32,912 nucleotides of DNA from Gaiellaceae bacterium (GTDB taxonomy: Bacteria; Actinomycetota; Thermoleophilia; Gaiellales; Gaiellaceae). The DNA lies in assembly GCA_046716705.1 (NCBI GenBank), contig JBKJWA010000261.1, positions 1-32,912 of the forward strand, in the 5' to 3' direction. Numbering within the stretch: the stretch's first letter is position 1; every line of letters starts with the position of its first letter. The position numbers and the translations under genes were made by a program. Below are positions 25,433 to 32,174 of this stretch, piece after piece. The notes under the pieces were generated by a model. It had not been told where the DNA came from and did no database searches. It saw only the letters and a program-made list of their open reading frames with translations.

Positions 25433-26187
25433 AGGTCTCGGCCGTCGTCGTCAGCCACGGCCACCGCGAGGAGCTCGCCGAGTCGCTGCCTACCCTCGTC
25501 CCGCAGGTGGACGAAGTGGTCGTGATCGCGAACACGGCGGGCTCCGCCCCCGCGGATGCACTCGGTGCGCGCGTGATCGAGAACGGCCGGCCGACGGGCT
25601 ACGCGGCGAACATCAACGCGGGCACGCGGGCGACCAGCGGCGAGCTCGTCCTCGTCTCGAATCCCGACGCGGTGCCCAAGCCTGGGGCGATCGCCGTCCT
25701 CGACGAATTCATGGAGACACACCCACGCTGCGGCGTCGCAGGGCCGCAGCTCGTGAACGAAGACGGCTCGTGGCAGCCCTCGCGACGCCGCTTCCCGACC
25801 GTGAGAGGCACGCTCGTCCGTCGCACGCCCCTCCGCCGCCTGCGCCCGCCGCTCGAGCACCAGCGTGACCACTACCTCCTCGACGTGCGTCCCACCGAGC
25901 CTGTCGAGACCGATTGGATGCTCGGCGGCTGTCTCATGCTGCGCCGCGCGATGCTCGACGAGCTGGGCGGCTTCGATGAGGGCTTCCGCATGTACGGCGA
26001 GGAGATCGACCTCTGCTACCGCGCGGCGAAGGCGGGTTGGGAACGCTGGTACGTGCCCGAAGCCGTCGTGCGTCACCGCTGGGATGCGGCGACCGACAAG
26101 AGCTTCTTCACGAAGCGAACGCTGTGGCACTGGCGTGGCATCTTCCGCTTCGTCCGCAAGCACCCCGAGCGCCTCAAGGCGCTCTAA
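25429..26187 (+). CDS. GT2-family glycosyltransferase (WbbL/RfbF rhamnosyltransferase-like)
   Basis: VSAVVVSHGH..., GYAANINAG, LVSNPDAV, GPQLVNEDGS, GGCLMLRR, and FRMYGEEIDLCYR are typical of this GT-A subgroup. GTGA overlap with the upstream stop. Confidence 0.85.
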   Translation: MKVSAVVVSHGHREELAESLPTLVPQVDEVVVIANTAGSAPADALGARVIENGRPTGYAANINAGTRATSGELVLVSNPDAVPKPGAIAVLDEFMETHPRCGVAGPQLVNEDGSWQPSRRRFPTVRGTLVRRTPLRRLRPPLEHQRDHYLLDVRPTEPVETDWMLGGCLMLRRAMLDELGGFDEGFRMYGEEIDLCYRAAKAGWERWYVPEAVVRHRWDAATDKSFFTKRTLWHWRGIFRFVRKHPERLKAL

Positions 26188-26189
26188 CC

Positions 26190-28355
26190 TCAGCGCGACC
26201 CGCGGGGGACAAACAGGTATCCGACCTGCGCCCCGAGCTCGCGCCGGTCGGATTCGCCCTCGTAGTCCGACGGCGAGAACGTCGGCCGCACCGTCACCTC
26301 CACGCGGAAGGGCGGCGCCGGCGCCGGAATGACGAACGTCGCCCGCGAGAGGCTGTGGATCGTCCAGCGCCGTGTCGCGGTCACCTTGCCGAGGTGCGGC
26401 TGCTTGTCGGCGCCCTTGACGAGCGTTCCGACGCGGATCAGCACCCGGCCGGGCTTGTCGGGCCCGCCCCAAGCCCACCGGCCGATCCTCACGACCATGT
26501 TCCCTCCCTTGCCGCTCGGCGAGGCGTACTGGTTGTACGCGCTCTCGGCGCCCATCCAGCCGTCGACGAAGATGCCTGTCTCGGCGTGAGCGAGGCGCAG
26601 CGGCCCGTCGAGCTTGTAGACGAACCAGCGGCCGGTCTCGGGCGGTCGCCCGACGAGCTCGCCGTCCACGTCGACGCCCCGCTCGGCGAGGACATAGCGC
26701 GCTCCCGGGTCGGGGGCCAGCCGGCCGTCCGTCGCTACGAGGTCGGGCGTGAGAACCGGCCCGGGGCCGGGCGCCGTGCCGTCGATGCTCCACACGTGCT
26801 TCAGCGAACGGTTCCAGAACTCGGTCAGCCAGACCCCGAGGGCCGCGCCGGTGTTGATGTTCTGCCCGAGGTACACGACCGGCTCGCCGCCCGTGATGTC
26901 GTCGAGCCACGTGAGCGGCTTCGGGTAGTTACGTGTGATGAGGTCGCCCGCGTCGTTCGAGTACTTGGCAGCGGAGATCTGGCCCGTGAGCGTCCAGGCT
27001 AAGACGAGCGCAGCCGTCAGCCCGACCACCGCCCGCGCGGCCGTCCGGCGGGCTCCGAGCAATGTCGGCAGGACGAGCAGCAGCACCGACACTGCGAGCG
27101 TCATGATCAGTGCCCACTGGACGGCGCTGTCGGTGAACGAGAAGTTGCGGTTGGACATCTGCGCGATGGCGAGACCGAGCGCGTCCGAGTACGGGACGTT
27201 CTCGAGCGCGTAGTTGGCCGACACGAGCAGGTACGCGACGAAGGCGGCCGCGGCCGCGAGGGGCACCCAGCGCAGCTGCGGCCGCTCGAGCCAGAGGGCG
27301 GTGCCGACGAAGACGAGCGGGATGAGATAGATGAGGTTCCGCTCGACGATGACCGTGCCGAAAGCCGTCGAGAGATACGAGGCCTTGACGGCGGTGTAGA
27401 GGCCGAAGCACAGGAGTGCGGCGGAAAGGAGCGCGGTGAACGCGCGCAGCGCCGGCGTCCGCTCCTCGCCTTTGGGACGGATGAGCCCCGCGAGGGCGGC
27501 CACGACCGGCAGGACACCCAGGCCGATGACGAAGGCGCCGCCGGCCCAGACGCCGTACTCGATCATCCGCCCGCGGTAGTGGCCGGTAGCGATCAGCCAG
27601 CTCTGTGAGAAGTTGCCCGCAACGGCTGAGAAGAAGATGACCGCGCCCGTTGTCAGCACCACGGCGCCGACCCAGTCCCAGGCCGTCCACGACGCGCGCC
27701 AGCGCCGTCCGGCGTCGCTCGTGAGGAAGTAGAAGAACCCGGCGAGCGGGAACGCGACGGCGATCACGCCCAGCTCGGCCCGCACGAGCGGGGCGACGAG
27801 ACACGCGACCACCGCGCCGGCGATCCACCAGCGCGTCTGCGCCACGATCGCCTTGGCGATAAGGAAGAAGCAGAGAGCCGCGTACGGATACGCGAGCGCC
27901 TCTTCTGAGATGACCTGCGAGTAGGCGAGCGCGGGCACGGTTGCGGTGGCAGTCGCGGCGAACAGCCCCGCGGGCTTGCCGACGATCGTCCGCGCGAGGA
28001 AGTACGTGGGGAAGACGACCGCCGTCATCGTGAAGACGCCGATGTAGCGGACGAGGTCGTACGCGGATGACGTCGAGTCGATCCACCAGGCGGGCGCGGT
28101 TAGGTACGTGTAGAGCGTCTCGAAGAAGTGCGGCTCGCCGCGCCTGGCCGCCTCACCGGTCTCCGCGATGCTCCGCGACAGCTGCGTCAGCTCGAGCTCG
28201 TCGGTGAAGAGCCACGGCGACGTGTGCCGCCACGACTGGTACGCATAAAGCGATGCGAGCCAGATGAAGATCGTCGCGAGTGGCAGGGCGGCGTACGCGC
28301 GATCGAGCCAGGTGCGGTCGCCGGCAGCCGCCGCCGGGGCGGCGGGGGACGTCAT
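26190..28355 (-). CDS. large polytopic GT-C-fold glycosyltransferase with C-terminal extracytoplasmic domain
   Basis: 721 aa. FTDELELTQLSRSIA, VFPTYFLARTIV and SEEALAYP align with the 20318-22390 protein. More than 10 TM helices and a beta-rich tail. ATG 28355 forms an ATGA overlap with the upstream stop. Confidence 0.8.
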   Translation of the reverse strand: MTSPAAPAAAAGDRTWLDRAYAALPLATIFIWLASLYAYQSWRHTSPWLFTDELELTQLSRSIAETGEAARRGEPHFFETLYTYLTAPAWWIDSTSSAYDLVRYIGVFTMTAVVFPTYFLARTIVGKPAGLFAATATATVPALAYSQVISEEALAYPYAALCFFLIAKAIVAQTRWWIAGAVVACLVAPLVRAELGVIAVAFPLAGFFYFLTSDAGRRWRASWTAWDWVGAVVLTTGAVIFFSAVAGNFSQSWLIATGHYRGRMIEYGVWAGGAFVIGLGVLPVVAALAGLIRPKGEERTPALRAFTALLSAALLCFGLYTAVKASYLSTAFGTVIVERNLIYLIPLVFVGTALWLERPQLRWVPLAAAAAFVAYLLVSANYALENVPYSDALGLAIAQMSNRNFSFTDSAVQWALIMTLAVSVLLLVLPTLLGARRTAARAVVGLTAALVLAWTLTGQISAAKYSNDAGDLITRNYPKPLTWLDDITGGEPVVYLGQNINTGAALGVWLTEFWNRSLKHVWSIDGTAPGPGPVLTPDLVATDGRLAPDPGARYVLAERGVDVDGELVGRPPETGRWFVYKLDGPLRLAHAETGIFVDGWMGAESAYNQYASPSGKGGNMVVRIGRWAWGGPDKPGRVLIRVGTLVKGADKQPHLGKVTATRRWTIHSLSRATFVIPAPAPPFRVEVTVRPTFSPSDYEGESDRRELGAQVGYLFVPRGSR

Positions 28356-30169
28356 TCGACCGCGGCGCCCAACGCGACGAGTGGATCTACGTCGAGGTCC
28401 CTGCGCACGAATCTGCAGGGTACTTGCGCCCGCTTGCATGCTTGCACCACCCCGTCGAGGACGTCGCGCGGGGCCGCCGGGATCGTCACGAGCACGAGAT
28501 CGGGGCGGGACTGCGCAAGGACGCGCTCGATGTCGCGGAGCGAGCCGAGCACTGGCACGCCCTGCATGCGCCGACTCCGGAGCCTGGCGTCGTCGTCCAC
28601 GAAGCCGACGACGTGCTCACCCGGCGTCTCGCGCAGCTCGCGCAACAGGCTCCGGCCGCTGCGACCGGCGCCGACGAGCAGCGTCCGCCGCCGCTCGTGC
28701 CGGTCGCGGAAGGACGCATGGGCGCGGAACATCGCGCGTTCGGCGAAGCGAGAAGCGCCCACGAGGACGAGCGCGATGAGCGCGTCGAGCACGTAGATCC
28801 GCTGCGGGAAGTCCCCGAAGGGACGGCTCGTGAACCACACGATCCCGTACGCGAGCCCCTGCGAGACGATGACGGCGAAGGCGATCGCGGCTGCCTCGCG
28901 CGCGCCGGCGAAGCGCCAGACACCGCTGTAGAGGCCGGCGGGGATGAAACAGAGGTAGCGCGCGAAGAGGATCGCCGGCAGCGAGACGAGGAAGATGTGC
29001 TTCTCGTAGTCCGTGCCCGAGCCGTCCACGAACAGCAGGTACGCGATCGTGAACGAGGCGGTGATGAGGGCGAAGTCGACGAGCACCTCCACGAGCCGGC
29101 GAGGGCTGAGGAGGATGCGCCACAGGGCAACGGGACGGCCGTCGACCACGCGCTCGCCCTCGTCGATGTCCGTCAGGAAGCCGGCGAGCTGGACGAGCAG
29201 CGCGAACGTCACGAGCACGCCGACGAGCGTCACCCACCCGTTGTCGAGCCCCGAGTAGGCGAGGCTCGTCAGCCCGAGCCCGGCGGCGATCGCAGTCAGC
29301 AGGACGACGGTGCCCTTCTCGGAGATGCCGCTGCGCACGAGCCGGTGGGACGCGTGGTCGCGGCCTCCCTGGTGGATCGGCCGCCCCTCCACGAGCCGGA
29401 CTGCGGTGACGAGCGCCGTGTCGAGGATCGGTACCGCGAGCACGAGCATCGGGATGATGAGAGTGGCGATCGTCGATTCCGCCACCTTCCAGCTCGTCGC
29501 GAGGCCGAGTGCTGCCAGGGTGAGCCCGATCACCTGGCTGCCCGAGTCGCCCATGAACACAGCAGCGGGCTTTCGGGGGCGGAAGTTGAACAGGAGGAAG
29601 CCGGCCACCGCGAGCGCCAGTGCGAGCGAAACCACGAGCAGGAGCTCGTCGTCGTGGATCCAGACGGCGTCGATCGCGAAGAAGACGGCGGCCACGACGG
29701 CGAGGCTCCCGGCCAGCCCGTCCATGTTGTCGAGGAGGTTGAAGGCGTTCGTGATCGCCACGAGCCACAGCAGGCCGAGGGCGGTGGCGGCGACGTCGTT
29801 CTCGACGATCTCCACGCGGATCCCCGACGCGAGCACGACGCCGGCCGCGGCGAACTGGCCTGCGAGCTTCACCGGTGGCGGCAGTGAGCGCAGATCGTCG
29901 AGCAGGCCGAACGCGAAGATGACCGCTGCCCCGCCGGCGATGCCCCCGAGCTCCCAAGTCGGCTCGATCGCGCCTGCGAGGAGACAGGCACCGATCCCTG
30001 CGAGCAGGCCGAGGAAGATGCCGACGCCGCCGTGGAGCGGTGTCTCCTGCTGGTGCCAGCGGTCGCCCGACGGGGTGGCCACGAGGCGGCCGCCAAGGCC
30101 GTTTCGCAGCAGCGCCCAGATCGTCAGCGCGGCGACCGGGAGGGCGACGATGGCTGCGACGGCGCTCAT
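28352..30169 (-). CDS. WecA/MraY-family polyprenyl-phosphate N-acetylhexosamine-1-phosphate transferase fused to a C-terminal 4-TM plus Rossmann-like (WbaP/CapD N-terminal-type) module
   Basis: Residues 1 to about 332 carry FGLLDDL, NAFNLLDNMDGL, FMGDSGS and GGRDHASHRL, the hallmark PNPT motifs. Residues about 345-605 have 4 further TM helices, YSGVWRFAG, then TLLVGAGRSGRSLLRELRETPGEHVVGFVDDD...VPVLG...DLVLVTIP. Confidence 0.9.
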   Translation of the reverse strand: MSAVAAIVALPVAALTIWALLRNGLGGRLVATPSGDRWHQQETPLHGGVGIFLGLLAGIGACLLAGAIEPTWELGGIAGGAAVIFAFGLLDDLRSLPPPVKLAGQFAAAGVVLASGIRVEIVENDVAATALGLLWLVAITNAFNLLDNMDGLAGSLAVVAAVFFAIDAVWIHDDELLLVVSLALALAVAGFLLFNFRPRKPAAVFMGDSGSQVIGLTLAALGLATSWKVAESTIATLIIPMLVLAVPILDTALVTAVRLVEGRPIHQGGRDHASHRLVRSGISEKGTVVLLTAIAAGLGLTSLAYSGLDNGWVTLVGVLVTFALLVQLAGFLTDIDEGERVVDGRPVALWRILLSPRRLVEVLVDFALITASFTIAYLLFVDGSGTDYEKHIFLVSLPAILFARYLCFIPAGLYSGVWRFAGAREAAAIAFAVIVSQGLAYGIVWFTSRPFGDFPQRIYVLDALIALVLVGASRFAERAMFRAHASFRDRHERRRTLLVGAGRSGRSLLRELRETPGEHVVGFVDDDARLRSRRMQGVPVLGSLRDIERVLAQSRPDLVLVTIPAAPRDVLDGVVQACKRAQVPCRFVRRDLDVDPLVALGAAVE

Positions 30170-30176
30170 GGCGAAA

Positions 30177-30182
30177 ACGGTA
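30177..30182 (-). promoter_or_regulatory. putative -10 box TACCGT upstream of the WecA-fusion gene
   Basis: The minus strand reads TACCGTTTTCGCC-ATG (7-nt gap). Nearly the same string, TACCGTTTCTCTTCC-ATG, precedes asnB (complement of 5340-5354). Confidence 0.3.
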
Positions 30183-30235
30183 GTGAGCTGCTGTTAAGCA
30201 CGTGTGTGGCCGTCCTTTCCGGTACAGAGTACGCC

Positions 30236-31186
30236 GTGCCCGTGACGCCCACGCTGCTCGAGCTGCTGCGCTGCTCCGTCTGCCGCAGCTCACTCGATGC
30301 GGACGGCTCAACGCTGCGCTGCCGCAGCTGCGGCGCAGCGTTCCCTGTGGAAGACGGCATGCCGCGGATGCTCGACGACCGCCTGCCCGGCATCCATGCC
30401 AAGCGGCGCGAGATCGAGGGCTGGCCGGCGATGGCGAAGGCGCAGGGCTGGTACGAGCGCGACGACGAGATCGACGCCCATCTCCCGTACCTCAACCGCG
30501 ATCTCGGCTGGGACGACAAGAACTGGCGCGCGACGGAGCACTCGTTCTCGCTGCTGCTCGATCACTACGTGCGTCCGGGCATGCGGGTGCTCGAGGTGGG
30601 AGCGGCGAAGGCGTGGGCGGCGCAGCACGTAGTGCCGCTCGGCTGCGAGTACGTGGCGACGGACATCCTCGCCGACCCGGTGATCGGACTAGGTCGTGGT
30701 GCCTTCTACGAGGCGCGGGTCGGCGCGTTCGGCCGCGTCCAGGCCGACGGGGAGCACCTTCCCTTCGCCTCCGAGGCATTCGACGTTACGTACTGCGTCG
30801 CCGCGCTCCACCATGCGCTCGACCTGACGGCGATGGTGCGCGAGATGGCGCGCGTCACCCGCAAGGGCGGCTGGGTTTGCGCGCTGAACGAGGGCACGCG
30901 GGCCCTCGGCGCCGCGGCCGACGTGCCCGACCAGGCCGAAGAGAAGGGCTTCGGCATCAACGAGCACGTGCACACGCTCTACGCGTACCTCTGGGCGTTC
31001 GCGCGCTCGGCCCTCGTCGTGCGGCGCGTCGAGCAGGCAGAAGGGTACGGCGAGCTCGCCGGCCGGAGGATCGCCGGCCGCCTCCTGCGCCTGCCCGGCA
31101 TGGGGCGCAGCGCCGCGACGTTCTTCTCCCAGACCTGCCACGGGTACTCAGGCGTCTCCGTCTACGCTCGTAGACTGCTCTCGTGA
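30236..31186 (+). CDS. SAM-dependent methyltransferase with N-terminal Trm112-like zinc ribbon
   Basis: LLRCSVCRSSL...LRCRSCGAAFPVEDGMPRML has a CxxC...CxxC pattern. It is followed by VLEVGAAKAW, a Methyltransf_11-like core (ADGEHLPFASEAFD) and ARVTRKGGWV. Start is GTG 30236; GTG 30206 and 30242 are alternatives. Confidence 0.8.
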   Translation: MPVTPTLLELLRCSVCRSSLDADGSTLRCRSCGAAFPVEDGMPRMLDDRLPGIHAKRREIEGWPAMAKAQGWYERDDEIDAHLPYLNRDLGWDDKNWRATEHSFSLLLDHYVRPGMRVLEVGAAKAWAAQHVVPLGCEYVATDILADPVIGLGRGAFYEARVGAFGRVQADGEHLPFASEAFDVTYCVAALHHALDLTAMVREMARVTRKGGWVCALNEGTRALGAAADVPDQAEEKGFGINEHVHTLYAYLWAFARSALVVRRVEQAEGYGELAGRRIAGRLLRLPGMGRSAATFFSQTCHGYSGVSVYARRLLS

Positions 31187-31302
31187 CGTCTGCCGATCAG
31201 AGCACGGCTTGCGCGTTCCTCGGCCGTCGCTCGCAAGGGAGACAAGGGCGCGGCGCGAAGGACAGTACGTCGGGTACGGCCAAGCGCCGAGCCCGCAGGA
31301 TC

Positions 31303-31349
31303 CCGCCGCGAGCGGCGGCAGGCTACGGCGGAGGGCGGCCTCGCCGCCC
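31303..31349 (+). other. two GC-rich stem-loops in the wzm upstream spacer
   Basis: CCGCCG-cgag-CGGCGG (31303-31318) and GGGCGGC-ctc-GCCGCCC (31333-31349). Neither is followed by a T-tract. Confidence 0.3.
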
Positions 31350-31376
31350 GGGAGCCGCAGCCGGCGAGGGGCGCGC

Positions 31377-32174
31377 ATGAGCGTCTACGCGGATCTGATC
31401 CGCTACCGCGAGCTCTTCGGCAGCCTCTTCCGCCGCGATCTGCGCGCCCGCTACAAGGGCACGATCTTCGGCGTCGCCTGGTCGCTCGTGAACCCGATCA
31501 TGCTGGCCGCGATCTACGTCCTCGTCTTCTCGCTGCTCTGGGAGGTGACGTCGATCGACCGCTACCCGCTGTTCCTGCTCTGCGGGCTCAGCGTGTGGCT
31601 CTTCGTCTCGTCGTCCCTCACCGGCGCCGCGCGGTCGATGCTCGACTACGCAGAGCTGATCAAGAAGGTGCGCTTTCCGCGGCAGCTCGTGGCGTTCTCG
31701 GTCGTCGCGACACAGCTTGTGCCGTTTGCCGTGTTGCTCGGCGGGTTGATCGTCGTCAACGCGATCGTCCTCGACCGGACGCGCGACACCGTGTTGCTGT
31801 CGATTCCCGTCGCGGCCGCGATCGTCGTGCTCGTGGCCGGTATGGCGCTGGCGGTCGCCGCGGCGAACGTGGTCTTCCGCGACGTGGAGCACCTGCTGGC
31901 GGCGCTCCTCCTCCCGTGGTTCTTCCTCACGCCGATCCTCTACTCGCTTGAGGAGTTGCCCGGCGGCCTCGAGGACTACGACCTCGTCGTCGATCTCCTG
32001 CGTTGGGCAAACCCGCTCACGCCGCCGCTCTACGCGTTGCGCGATCCGCTCTTCTACGGCGAAATGCCGGCGGCGGGTGACGTGATCTACCTCGTGGTGG
32101 CAGCTGCCGTGTCGCTCGCGATCGGCGCGCTCGTCTTCCGGCGGATCGACGACAGCATCGCCGTCGAGCTCTAG
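31377..32174 (+). CDS. wzm: ABC-2-type polysaccharide/teichoic-acid export permease (Wzm/TagG/KpsM-like)
   Basis: Begins MSVYADLIRYRELFGSLFRRDLRARYKGTIFGVAWSLVNP, the canonical Wzm N-terminus, followed by 6 TM helices. GAGGGG lies 5 nt upstream of ATG 31377. 38 of the first 40 codons end in G/C. Confidence 0.85.
   Translation: MSVYADLIRYRELFGSLFRRDLRARYKGTIFGVAWSLVNPIMLAAIYVLVFSLLWEVTSIDRYPLFLLCGLSVWLFVSSSLTGAARSMLDYAELIKKVRFPRQLVAFSVVATQLVPFAVLLGGLIVVNAIVLDRTRDTVLLSIPVAAAIVVLVAGMALAVAAANVVFRDVEHLLAALLLPWFFLTPILYSLEELPGGLEDYDLVVDLLRWANPLTPPLYALRDPLFYGEMPAAGDVIYLVVAAAVSLAIGALVFRRIDDSIAVEL

Noticed and set aside
25408-28086. ORFs 25408-26910 (-), 26037-27002 (+) and 26929-28086 (-) around the GT2 / GT-C convergent junction.
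   Set aside because: All are Arg/Gly/Pro-rich shadow frames. The chosen frames give a clean GT-A protein and a GT-C protein paralogous to 20318-22390.
28280-30311. ORFs 28280-29887 (+, 535 aa) and 28617-30311 (-, 564 aa) overlapping the WecA-fusion gene.
   Set aside because: Both are charged or Arg-rich low-complexity translations. The frame 28352-30169 carries every PNPT hallmark motif and coherent TM helices.
31303-31349. Two GC-rich stem-loops considered as intrinsic terminators separating the methyltransferase gene from wzm.
   Set aside because: Neither is followed by a T/U tract. Stems of 6-7 GC pairs arise easily by chance in DNA this GC-rich. They are kept only as possible 5' UTR structure.
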